Below, in pieces: positions 11,711-23,437 of a stretch of 34,652 bases of DNA. Each line of letters opens with the position of its first letter. Position 1 is the stretch's first letter. The notes beneath the pieces were generated by a model that was not told where the DNA came from, ran no database searches, and saw only the letters and a program-made list of their open reading frames with translations. This DNA comes from Octopus bimaculoides. Its lineage: Eukaryota. Location of the stretch: positions 17,299,158 through 17,333,809 of the forward strand of contig NC_069004.1 of NCBI RefSeq assembly GCF_001194135.2. Direction: 5' to 3'. The position numbers and the translations under genes were made by a program.

Positions 11711-12484
11711 NNNNNNNNNNNNNNNNNNNNNNNNNNNNNNNNNNNNNNNNNNNNNNNNNNNNNNNNNNNNNNNNNNNNNNNNNNNNNNNNNNNNNNNNNN
11801 NNNNNNNNNNNNNNNNNNNNNNNNNNNNNNNNNNNNNNNNNNNNNNNNNNNNNNNNNNNNNNNNNNNNNNNNNNNNNNNNNNNNNNNNNNNNNNNNNNNN
11901 NNNNNNNNNNNNNNNNNNNNNNNNNNNNNNNNNNNNNNNNNNNNNNNNNNNNNNNNNNNNNNNNNNNNNNNNNNNNNNNNNNNNNNNNNNNNNNNNNNNN
12001 NNNNNNNNNNNNNNNNNNNNNNNNNNNNNNNNNNNNNNNNNNNNNNNNNNNNNNNNNNNNNNNNNNNNNNNNNNNNNNNNNNNNNNNNNNNNNNNNNNNN
12101 NNNNNNNNNNNNNNNNNNNNNNNNNNNNNNNNNNNNNNNNNNNNNNNNNNNNNNNNNNNNNNNNNNNNNNNNNNNNNNNNNNNNNNNNNNNNNNNNNNNN
12201 NNNNNNNNNNNNNNNNNNNNNNNNNNNNNNNNNNNNNNNNNNNNNNNNNNNNNNNNNNNNNNNNNNNNNNNNNNNNNNNNNNNNNNNNNNNNNNNNNNNN
12301 NNNNNNNNNNNNNNNNNNNNNNNNNNNNNNNNNNNNNNNNNNNNNNATATATATATATATGTGTGTGTGTGTGTGTTGCCAGTTCGTGGGCAGGCTGTAA
12401 TTTATAGGCACGAGAAAGTTTAGTGTAAAAACACGTAGAAGTCATTGACAAGCGATATTGCGGAAGCTTGTGGTCTTTGTAAAT

Positions 12485-12800
12485 ATGTGTGGGTGTGTAT
12501 GTGTTCTTGTTATATTGTGTTCGTTTATATCCCCAACTTAGAGCATCAACAAAAGATGATCAATAAAATAAGTATCGGGCTATAAAAGCACAGGTTGTTT
12601 CATTTATTGCCCGCTGTCAATTTTCCATTTTAAAATCTAGTGTTCGTATTACTCCCAAATTAAATCTCTGTTTATCTTGTTTTTATTCTATCCACATTTT
12701 CTTTCAATATGTAATAACGTTTTTACGTTCGTGTCTAGTTTGGTTGAGATGACTGACATTTGCAATGTGTTTGACAATTCATATTTGCAATGTGTTTTTC
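12485..12800 (+). repeat. Local direct repeat, copy 1 (partner 14179-14460)
   Basis: About 300 bp alignable by eye with 14179-14460, e.g. TGTTCGTATTACTCCCAAATTAAAT in both. Confidence 0.85.
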
Positions 12801-12855
12801 ATATTGTTAGAACGAAAGATTGACGATGCTGTTGTTTACACCCCACCCTCTAGAT

Positions 12856-14120
12856 CAGACGTGGGAAATCTTTTCGCGTTGGAAGGCCTCATTAAGTTAG
12901 TTGTAATCTAATTAGGCTTCATTCAAGAAACTTCAATTAGATATTGTACTGTGTACTAATTAACTTTAATAAAAAACATAAAAAGATATGTTAATTCTAA
13001 TGTTAACTAACCTTCTAATGACTTTGTTGTGACTGCTTCTTTGTAGGAAAGCATTTGAATATTTGGTTGCAGCATGGAGGTCTGCAGTTTCAGCTGATCC
13101 TCTAGATGGGTATCCATCATTTGTGACCTTACGGACGTCTTAATTTTGGTTTGGTAGGAGAATGTAGGTTCGCAGTAATAAGTGGTTGAAAAGCAGGAAA
13201 ACATTTTTCGTGCCTGTTGCCAAAAACATGGGCATTGCATTTTTCCCCATATTTCAATCGGATCTTTCTTAGCGTCGAATAAGAACTTTAAAATGTCATC
13301 TTCTGAGAGCTCAATCAATTCCATCTGTAGTTCTTTAGGAGCCTTGGAGACATCAACAAGATGGGGCCGAAATGTTAATTTGAGCGTGATGTCATGATTC
13401 TCAAAGTCAGTGAACCTTCCATGGTATTATCCAATTAATAAGTCTATAACAGCTGCGTAGTCTTCAAATGATTTCCATGAATCTTCCTTTCTTCCATGAA
13501 AATGTTCATCCGAAATTTCCTTTCGAAGAAGATAAATTTTGAAAAAAGATAGCTTTTTTCGAAATGCTTGGATTTTTTTGCCACATATATAACGACATGG
13601 TTTTATGCACTTTAGAATGATACGGCAAATCCACACTGAATAATTCTTCGTTCAACTTAAGCCTGTTATGAAACGGATGATGCCGTGTTGCATTTACACA
13701 AATATAGTTAACAATACTTATAACTTGTTGCCAAGTGTCACTTAAAATTGTAGATTTTGCTGATGTAAGCAAAGAGATTTTGTTGATGTAAGGATACAAT
13801 GATAAGAAATGAGAGCATCTGGATCTGATATTACTTATTTTTCTATTCGTGCAATAAACCCTTCATGTTTTCCTGCCATGGACGGTACACTGTCTCTACA
13901 TACAGTCGCTAAATTAACCAAATTCAATCCAATTTCACGACATTTATCTTGAAAATTTGTGAAGATATCTATTCCTGTAAGAGTGCCGAATGCCAGAAAC
14001 TCTTCATAGCATATAAAATCTTCTGTTACGGCCCAAATGAAGTATAGAATCTGCGTCGAATCAGTATCACCATTAGTCGATTCATCCAAAGCGATCGAAT
14101 AGTATATATTATTTCCTTTT
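12856..14120 (-). mobile_element. Degenerate hAT transposon (Buster/SPIN/GTF2IRD2-like), 5'-truncated
   Basis: YYSIALDESTNGDTDSTQILYFI...VCRDSVPSMAGKHEG and C-terminal FSTTYYCEPTFSY..KIKTSVRSQM.DTHLEDQLKL. TIR-like CAGACGTGGGAAATC at 12856, preceded by CTCTAGAT (central TA, as in Buster-type target sites). Confidence 0.8.
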
Positions 14121-14178
14121 GGAGTATTGTGTGAAGTTGTTCCGTTGTGTTGATTGCTGAAGCTTGTTACTTGTATGT

Positions 14179-14460
14179 ATGTGTGGGTTTGTATGTGTTC
14201 TTGTTTGTAGTTTATATTGCGTCCGTTTATATCCCTAACTTGGAGCATCAATAAAATAAGTATCAGGCTGTAAAAGTTCTGGGTGTTTCATTTATTGCCG
14301 GCTGTCAATCTTCCATTTTAAAATTTAATGTTCGTATTACTCCCAAATTAAATTTCTGTTTATCTTGTCTAACATTTTCTTTCAATGTGTAATAAAGTTT
14401 TTACGTCGGTGTCCTGTTTGGTTGGGATGATTGACATTTCACGTTTGCAATGTGTTTTTC
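14179..14460 (+). repeat. Local direct repeat, copy 2
   Basis: Aligns with 12485-12800. Confidence 0.85.
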
Positions 14461-15151
14461 TTGTTTGGACGGCAGCTTTTAGGTTGACTATATTTTTCTT
14501 TTTACTCCCAAGATGAACCTGATCCTGTTGAACTATCATCAATGGCATTCAGGTTGTTACATCTTGTCTCTTCCTTGGACGTAGTATTTCTAGGACTGTA
14601 TTATCCAGTGTGACTTTAGCCTTCTTAAAGACAGTAAGATGTGATTTGAAGAAAATTTTAGCTGTTATTTCTAGCCACTTAAGCGACTACATAAAAAAGT
14701 GCTTTCGTTAGGTTGAATCAAAATGTGTTATTACTAGGTAATTCTATACAAGATAATGCTCAAACCTAGTCTTCGGTGATGTGAATACGTTTATTATTTG
14801 TCATATTCTTGTTTTCCTAATATTCAAGTGATTTTTGGCTTAATTTTTTAAACAGTTCAAACAGTGCAGTAAGTTTGTGTTGTGATGAAGAAAAATCTGA
14901 CGTTTCGGACATTTGACGTTTTTAAAGAGAGAACAGTCTTATCATTAGGCTTCAAAATTCGTGATTGGTTTTCCCTCCCTACCTCTCTCTTCCAAAGAAG
15001 GACAAACATCCAAAAGTTAGACTTCTCTCCTTCTTCCTGACTGTTTGAACTATTTGTATTGTATATTAACGACGGAGGCAGTATAATTAGCGAGAGGAAA
15101 TATTTACTTTCACATAAACGTAAATGTTCTGTTAGAACAAACGTTACTGTG

Positions 15152-16203
15152 GTAGAAACCATGAGAGAACGTCTCATAGGCTTTTGGTGTAAAATGCTAG
15201 TGGGGAGATAAGTTCCAATCAACTCCAGTGCTGAGACCACCAGATCATGTAATTTCAGCCTTCCTTGGTCTCATCAGTGATTCATTTCCTGCTAGCGCTA
15301 TGTAGAAAACCAGTGTCTGGACAGGCACTGGTGTCATATTTAGCCAGTGAGCTTGTTAAAAAATATATATTAGCTATAGAGGCAGTGTTAATACAGAGAG
15401 GTAATATTTATTCCCGCTTAAGCCTGAATGTTCAGTTAAAACAAGCTATATAATAGTAGATACCATGAGAGAAGCTATCATATAGGTGCAAAATGCACAT
15501 TTGTTTATATCATGGAGAGATAAATCCCCACCAACTCCAGTGCTGAGACCACCAGATCATGTAATTTCCACTTTCCTTGGTCTCATTGGTGATGGCCTCT
15601 CAACCACTAGAGAAAGCAGTGAATCATTGCCTGCTAATGATATGTAGAATAACAGTGCCAGAACTAGCTAGTGAGCTTGTTAAAAAATATATATTAGCAA
15701 AATATAAAAAATTAAAATATGTATATAAAATATATATTAAAAAATATATAATATAAAAAAAAATATTAATATATATATATATATATATGATAGATCGCTG
15801 ACCACTACACACATTTTTTCTCTCCTTGTTTCTTTCCGAGTTCCTCTCTGTAGAAGAGCGTAGGCTTGATACGTTAAAGACTTTCTCAATTCCCGAGCGT
15901 TATACTAATACATCTATTTGTTTTCAACACCACCTGTCTTCGCCTGTTGTTTTTTTTGTGAATTCTCCCTATATATATAAGAGCAGTATTAATACTGAGA
16001 TATTTCTTCCCACATAGATGTTCAGTTAAAATAAACTATATAACAGTAGATACCATGAGAGAAACTCCCATATAGGTTTTTGGTGCAAAATGCATCTTTT
16101 GTTTATATCATGGGGAGATAAATCCCCACCAACTCTAGTGCTGATATAAACAAGCATGCTTTTTGCACCAAAGCCTATATGAGGGTTTCTCTCGTGGCAT
16201 CTA
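15152..16203 (+). repeat. Locally triplicated ~300-bp unit ending in a fold-back hairpin
   Basis: Units start GTAGA(A/T)ACCATGAGAGAA at 15152, 15456 and 16046. The third unit is followed by an inverted copy of itself (arms 16047-16110 / 16142-16203). Confidence 0.85.
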
Positions 16204-16321
16204 TCACAGTAAAGTTAATTCTAACAGAACACCCACTTTAAATGGGAATATATATCCGTATTGTGTTTTTCCAATACTGACTATGACTAGTTTACTCAGA
16301 TTCTACTGTTTTACTTCATAT

Positions 16322-17169
16322 TACAGGGTGGGGCAGAGAGGACAGACGTTTTTGAAACGGCTGTTACTCAGCCCCAGTGGGAGGGATATGTGTCTGACAG
16401 GTCCATGGTGTCTTAGCATTTTTTCCTTTGCAGGTGAGGCCATGGCACTGTGGTCTTTAGAGCATTGCGTGTTTGCCTATGACAGTTACATGAAGAATAA
16501 CGAGTCTGTCACAGCAGTTCAGTTTGAGTTTTGGTGCCACTTCAGTATTCACCGAAATCAGGCTGTTCCCACACATAATACAATCTTATATTGGATGAAT
16601 GCACTTCGTACATGAGGTACACTAATGAATGGTGGGGGTGCCACAAAGGGTATGGAACTTGGAAAAGGTGGAACACATCAGACAAGCTTTGATATGGAGT
16701 CCGAATCGCTCTGCTCAGAGGCTTTTCACTGAATTTAGCATTGGTAATCGGTCAGTAAGGCATATTTTGCATGAAGGCCTGCATTTCCATCCCTACAAAT
16801 TGGTCATTGGGCAACAGTTGAAACAATGGGACTATGCACAGCTTAACTCCACAGTTCAGATGGAAGCAATTTTTGAGGCAAATGATAACCTCATTTTGTT
16901 AATGAATGATGCTCATTTTTATCTCAATGGTATGGTGAATCAACAGAATTGTTATTATTAGGCTCATGGAAATCCAAGAGAACTGCACGAAAGACCACTG
17001 CACAGCCCAAAAGTGATGGTCTGGTGTGCTGTTGGAAAAGCTGCCGTCATTGGTCCTTACTTGTTTGAAGACAATAATGAAAATGCTGTTATTGTGAACT
17101 TTGAGCATTACATTGAGATGATAAACAACTTCTTTGTGCCTGAATTATGACAGAAATGTTTGCCTATTG
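16322..17169 (+). mobile_element. Degenerate rosa/DD41D-like Tc1-mariner transposon, 3'-truncated
   Basis: TIR-like TACAGGGTG at 16322; LEHCVFAYDSYMKNNES...VRHILHEGLHFHPYKL...DAHFYLNGMVNQQNC...LHSPKVMVWCAVGKAAVIGPYLFE. Homology stops where the hammerhead element begins. Confidence 0.8.
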
Positions 17170-17410
17170 CAGTTCTATATTTAAGAGATGAGGAATTATG
17201 TACATTATTTTCATTATTTACATTTGACGGATATTTGTCCTCATTTTGTTTGTTGTTAACACAACTTTTCGGCTGATATACCCTCCAGCCTTCATCAGGT
17301 GTCTTGGGGAAATTTCGAACCTGGGTTCTCATTTCTAAGGTACTTTTCGATGTTGTTGTTGTTATTATTATTATTATTATTATTATCATCATCATCATCA
17401 TCATCATCAT
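17170..17410 (-). mobile_element. Hammerhead-bearing element copy lacking the tRNA head
   Basis: Near-identical to 34320-34500. Ends in a (GTT)(ATT)(ATC) microsatellite where the tRNA head would follow. Confidence 0.85.
17258..17303 (-). ncRNA. Minimal type I hammerhead ribozyme, helix III mutated
   Basis: GACAC-CTGATGA-A-GGCTG(GAGGGTATAT)CAGCC-GAAA-A-GTT-GTGTT. It has A at 17266 where the intact copy has C. Confidence 0.7.
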
Positions 17411-17856
17411 TTTAATAAGATAACTTTGTCGTTATTAAGTTGACATTTGGAACATAAATTAATATCATATTTTGTTGAAGATTTTAATTTAAATCAATGA
17501 TACAAATTTCCAGTTAAAATCATTTTTAAATTGGAAATTTGTATCAGAAAACACGAGATGGTTTTAGTCAGGTTTGTATTTAAAGGGTTCAAGGAGATTT
17601 GGTTCCTGTTTCTGTTAGTCGAAGCCACCATCTTTTATCTTTTACTTGTTTCAGTTATTAGACTGTGGTCATGCTGGGGCACCACTTTAATGAATATGCA
17701 ATCAAATGAATTGACACCAGGACTTATTTTTTAAAACCTGGCACTTATTCTATCAGTCTTTTTTTCTGAACAGCTGAGTTATGGGGTCATAAACAAACCA
17801 ACACACACCAGTTGTCAAGCAATGATGACATAAACACACACACACACACACACACA

Positions 17857-18744
17857 TACGAGGAGATACCCAAAAGAAACAGGACTTTTGCAGTATTATT
17901 TTATTCACTTAGTTTTACATGTTTACACTTTTACCACCTTCAAAGTATTCTCCATTTGAAGCAATGCATTGGTCCAGATGCGTTTTCTACTGTTTGAAGC
18001 AGTCCTAGAACTCTTGGAAAATGATGCCTTTTAACATCTCCGTCCTGTTTTTCTTCATCTCTTTCACATTTGCAAATTCTGTAGTATCAGCTTTCATCAC
18101 CAGTGAAAAATGTCCAGATCAACTTCCAATTGTTCTTTCAGTTCATGACATGCATTCAGTCGTGATTGTTTTTGATAATCCGTGAGCAAGCGAGGCACAA
18201 ATTTTGCTGCAACTCTTTTCATTAATAATTCCTCACTCAAAATTTGTTGGCAGGAGCTTCAGGACACAAAAGATCATATCAACAAGTTTGTCAATTGCTT
18301 GGTGATGGTCCTCCAAGATCAGTTCATGAATTTTCATGATGTTTTCATTCGTTTGGGAGGTTAATAGCTGTCCTAAATAAGATTGGTCTTCAAGCAACAA
18401 GTGACCATTCCTAAAACATGGAAACCACTTGTAAGCTTGTGTTTTTCTCATGGCATCGTCCTTGTAAGCTGTTTGAAGCATGACAACTGTTTTGGCCAAC
18501 GTTTTCCCCAGCAGAAAACAGAATTTCATGGAAGCATGCTGTTCCTTTGTTTCAGCCATCACAAAAATTGACGGTCAGGGCAGAAGCACTGCAAAACTAA
18601 GGTGCGCCATGTGGCAGTGTGACTTCATCAAACAACACTGGTTAGCAGACTGATGCCTGAGGGTTGCATCAAATAGTTTCTAGTGGCAGAAGCCTGAACT
18701 ACAATAGGCTTGTCCCACAGAGAACATTTCTGATTATTTTCGTA
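17857..18744 (-). mobile_element. Internally deleted mariner element inserted at TA inside a SINE
   Basis: N-terminus MAETKEQHASMKFCFLLGKT...TQAYKWFPCFRNG and C-terminus CFKQ*KTHLDQCIASNGEYFEG. Termini TACGAGG (17857) and TTTTCGTA (18744). SINE sequence resumes on both sides. Confidence 0.8.
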
Positions 18745-18774
18745 TGATAGACTTCTTTCAGTTTCTGTCTATCG

Positions 18775-18910
18775 TCCTGAGATTGGTCCTCACCACTTCA
18801 TCCCAAGTCTTCCCGGGTCTCCCTCTTCCACAAGTACCATGCATTTTCAGTGATTGGCACTTCTTTATACAGCTGTCTTCATTGATATGCATTACATGTC
18901 CAAACTAACA
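18775..18910 (-). mobile_element. Short RTE LINE C-terminal fragment
   Basis: Encodes GTCGRGRPGKTWDEVVRTNLRT-like sequence, homologous to 24660-24850 and 31945-32050. Confidence 0.65.
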
Positions 18911-19227
18911 TGCATGCTGCATTTGATTTCTCTTATTCACTCACAAGGCTTTGGTTTGAGGCCATAGTAGAAGACACTTGTCTAAGGTGCTACCGAACCC
19001 AGAACCATATGGTTAGGAAGCAGACTTCTTACCACACACCCACGACGCCTGCATCATGTTTGGCTTTTTTGTTTATTCCAAACTCCAGAAGTTAAGGTGT
19101 TATACATTTTCGTTCTTTAGTTTTCAACCGATCATAATATTTTCCTGGAATACTTCTCCTCTGGTCTTTTAAATTAACTCTTCTTGTTATTGAAGGCAAC
19201 TATATTATATGTTTTCTGTCATTTCAG

Positions 19228-19371
19228 GAAATGCTGGAGGCTTTAAAAGCCCTGTCAACATTTTTTGTTGAGAATAGCTTGCGAACACGTAGGAACTTGC
19301 GCAGTGACATTGAAAGACGAAATTTATCAATAAATGAAGAATTTGTAGAGGCTTTCAATGTTGTTGAAGAA
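19228..19371 (+). CDS. COG6: COG6 exon 2 (144 nt)
   Basis: TTTCAG|GAA...GAA|GTAAGT; [48 protein letters not shown]. Confidence 0.96.
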
Positions 19372-20558
19372 GTAAGTTTTACTTATTCATTGGTGTGAGA
19401 GTTGCAGTGTTGTGGTGGCTACCTGGTTGTGAAAGCTGTCAATGTGAGAGGTATATTGTGAAAGTTATGTTGTTGGAGGGACTGTGTAGACATGAGAATT
19501 ACATGGTTTTTAGAGTGATGTGGCTGTGAGAGCTGTGTACATCTCTTGCTATGAGAACTATAGAGATATGAAAGCTTTGTAAGTGTAAGTTCTGTGCAAA
19601 TATAAGAGCTGCATAGCTATGTTGATGTGAAAGCTACATTTATTTCATCATCTTTACATACTGAGTTCAAATTCTACTGATGTTAGCTTTGCATTTTATT
19701 CTTCTGAGGTCAATATATAAAGTACCAGCCTAGAGTAGTGAACTGGTAGAATTGTTAGAGTGTCAGACAGGATGCTTTGCAATGTTAGCTCTGGTTTTTG
19801 CATTCTGAGTTGAAATTCTGCTATGGCCTTCAAAAGTAGTAGACTAATCCATTGCCATGTTTAACACCATCAGCTGGCACTTTTAGGTTCTGCTAACAGT
19901 CCAGTCTGTTGCAAACATTTGGAGCAGGTTTCTGGTTTTAGGATATCTCCTCCTTCCCACCAATTTTGATGGCCCTCTAAAGGGTAATGGGCACTGCCTT
20001 TCCACCTAACTGAGCAATTAAAAACAATATATAGCTGTCTCTACAATGTAGCTGAGATAGCTACATTGTGATTGTTGTGAAAGCTGTGAGAGTTCTGTGT
20101 GGTCACAAAAGCTCTGTTAACATAAGAGCTGTGCAGACATGATAGATATATAGATGGGACAGCTACATAAATGGCATAGTTGTTTAAATGTGAGAGTTGT
20201 ATAGTTGTGAGAGTTGTCTAGACACAAGAGTTGTGTTGATGTGAAAGTTATGTATATATAAACATGGGAGCTGTTTCTGTTAGAAATGTCACTGTTTCTT
20301 GGTGACAGGGTGGGATTTGAACTCAGAATGCACAGATACCACAAGACATCATGTCAGATGCTCTAACAATTCTAACATCCCTGGACAAGTACTTTTGTCA
20401 TTGACACCAAAAGGATCAAAGGCAAAGTTGACCTTGGTAGGATTTGAACTCAGAACAGATAAGTGAGGGACGTTCTATCCATCATTTTAACACTTCAGCC
20501 ACTTCTTTTGTCATTGTCATGGTTTGTGTTATATTTCCAATTATTTTTTCATTCACAG

Positions 20559-20630
20559 CAACTGAATAGTGTTTACCAAGAAGTGAAAAGTATGAATGAG
20601 TGCTGCCAGGACATGACCAACAGATTAAAG
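20559..20630 (+). CDS. COG6: COG6 exon 3 (72 nt)
   Basis: TCACAG|CAA...AAG|GTAAAT; QLNSVYQEVKSMNECCQDMTNRLK. Confidence 0.95.
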
Positions 20631-20640
20631 GTAAATGGAG

Positions 20641-20745
20641 ACACCATCATCATCACCACCATCATTGTCTTCACTGTCAATGTCATCACCACCATCATCA
20701 TCACCACCATCATTATCTTCACTGCCAATGTCATCATTCCCACCT
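20641..20745 (+). repeat. CAT/CAC low-complexity tract with ~48-bp tandem duplication
   Basis: CACCATCATCATCACCACCATCATT(G/A)TCTTCACTG(T/C)CAATGTCATC occurs twice. Confidence 0.85.
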
Positions 20746-21785
20746 GCTATGTTCCTCTATCTTGCCATGCAATCAACCATAGACCTTTATTACACGCTGC
20801 CAAAGTCATGGTCCTTTTGTCCTATTTTGGCTTGTAAAATACTTTACAGAGGTTTTCTAATAATTGAAATAATCATGAAAAAAAATGATTTAAAGTCAGT
20901 TTATAGAAATAAACATTATAATATTTCTTTCTACTATTGGCACAAGGTCTGAAATTTTGGAGGAGGCGGGTGGGGGAGCTGATTACATTTATCCCAGAGC
21001 TCAGCTGGAACTCTTTTTATTAACCTGAAAGGATGAAAGGCAAAGTCAACTTGGCAGAATTTGAACTCAGAACATAAAGCTGTAATTTTATTGTGTCTTG
21101 GGAGGGTCAGTATGCCAATAATAATGACACAGTCACAGGTTCAATTCCACTTCTTTATTGTTAGTTGAGTGAGAAGGGAAGTCACTAAGTCACTGAAAAA
21201 GGTTGTGAAAGAAAACAACGAAAAAACTTTGACTAACAAACAACCGGTTGATTGTTTAACCATCACATTAAACAAATGATTGATTAGTTGGTTGGTTAGA
21301 TATTTAACTAATTGACTAACGGTAAAGAAGTGGAATTGAACCGGTGTGTGTGTTATTATTATTACACAGACACAAAGACACACGCACACACACACACACA
21401 CACACACACNNNNNNNNNNNNNNNNNNNNNNNNNNNNNNNNNNNNNNNNNNNNNNNNNNNNNNNNNNNNNNNNNNNNNNNNNNNNNNNNNNNNNNNNNNN
21501 NNNNNNNNNNNNNNNNNNNNNNNNNNNNNNNNNNNNNNNNNNNNNNNNNNNNNNNNNNNNNNNNNNNNNNNNNNNNNNNNNNNNNNNNNNNNNNNNNNNN
21601 NNNNNNNNNNNNNNNNNNNNNNNNNNNNNNNNNNNNNNNNNNNNNNNNNNNNNNNNNNNNNNNNNNNNNNNNNNNNNNNNNNNNNNNNNNNNNNNNNNNN
21701 NNNNNNNNNNNNNNNNNNNNNNNNNNNNNNNNNNNNNNNNNNNNNNNNNNNNNNNNNNNNNNNNNNNNNNNNNNNNNNNNNNNNN

Positions 21786-21841
<56 letters not shown>

Positions 21842-23010
21842 CTCACACATCAAATATTTTCTCCAGACAGTTCTATGTTTCCTGTACAAACACAGCAATA
21901 AACATTATCATTGTAAATATAAATTTTTTTCATTTTTATTGAGGCCTCTGCTAAAATATTTTGTGCAAGAAATATTTTTTATGTTTATGAGATATTATTT
22001 TTAACATTTATTTCTGTAAGTTGATTAAATTAAAAAGAAAGAAGTTAACTCTAGCTGTTAGAGCCCTGTTAGAGCAAGCAAAAAAGTCTCATAAAAAAGA
22101 TCCACTTTTTCAACTTCCCTTCAGTGTTTTGTGGCAAATTTTAATATGACTGCTTCTTTTTGTTTCCATTGATGACAGTGCAATAACAGTTAGCTTCTGC
22201 TATATTTGTTGACGAGTGAAGGTGTGTAATCTTAGTTTGGATGTACAGCAGAACACAAATGAACTGAGGGGAAGTGCAAGAAAGAAAATTATGCATATAC
22301 TGACATGTGATGCATGGGAAGATGGCCGATTTTGTGTTGCTACATCCATAACTTGATACCTCAATCTGATGCTGCAGTAGTTACTTCTCTGTAAATTTGC
22401 TGTTGTAGGATTTTGGTAATGACATCATTGTGCCAGTCATTGTGTATGACTAGTGTGTGTGGTCTTGTATATGTATGTCTATGTATAAGTGCAATGTGTG
22501 AAGAAACTAAACTCTTCATTTATGGTGAGAACTGCAAATGGAGGAAGAGCCAACTTTGTTGTTACGGTGAAACTGATCAGTTGGCAATATATATGTATAT
22601 ATATATATTTTTGTTCGTGAGGACAAGGGGAAAACACCTCGCTTTTAGAGTTCAGGTTATTAATAACCTAAATTATACTTTTCTTTCAGCCATTTCCAAT
22701 GATTTTCAGTTTACCTTTCTGTGCTTGGAAGGTTCTGAAACTGCCTAGTAACATGAATTAGCTGTTAGAATAAATTTATAATATTGTATAAATATTTTGA
22801 CCACTCTGTTGCCTAATATATGAGTACCTGTTTTATTCCGACTTGTGAAAACTTACTGGACAAATATACACAATATACATGTATATGTTATTAATGAATG
22901 ACATTGGAATAGATGCATAATTCATTTTCACTTGTAAATAGCAAAATTGTCAAATAGTCTAATTGCCATTTTAATAATTAACTCTAATATTTCCTTCTAT
23001 CCAACTTCAG

Positions 23011-23069
23011 ACTGCAAAAGAACAAACTCGTGACCTTTTAAACCAAACCACAGGACTGCAAGGTGAAAG
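23011..23069 (+). CDS. COG6: COG6 exon 4 (59 nt)
   Basis: CTTCAG|ACT...AG|GTCAGT; TAKEQTRDLLNQTTGLQGE(S); phase 2. Confidence 0.93.
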
Positions 23070-23085
23070 GTCAGTATGCACTTGT

Positions 23086-23166
<81 letters not shown>

Positions 23167-23400
23167 CATGCATGCATGCATGTGTGTGTATTGGGTTTGA
23201 AGATCATCAACTTATAAATCTGTATTATTCTACTTCTTGTAATGTGTGTTCGACTGCTGTGCTAAAAACAATTGTAAATATGGAACAAAACTGAAGTTAT
23301 GATGAAATTCTGTAACACAATGTAACAATAGTAATGAAAATCTTTATATTTATGCATCAAAACAGAAATAAGAGTATTTATAAAAGAGAATGTGTGTGTG

Positions 23401-23431
<31 letters not shown>

Positions 23432-23437
23432 ATATAA

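Noticed and set aside
15238-15283. Minus-strand CTGATGA...GAAA resembling a hammerhead
   Set aside because: Helix II pairs poorly, a stronger TGAGACCA/TGGTCTCA stem competes, and the paralogous unit at ~15550-15595 lacks the core.
20600-20782. Poly-histidine ORF
   Set aside because: Translation of an intronic CAT/CAC tract overlapping COG6 exon 3 out of frame.
22305-22372. Intronic C/D-box snoRNA candidate
   Set aside because: The C box is mismatched (GTGATGC), there is no terminal stem, and I recognised no rRNA-antisense guide.
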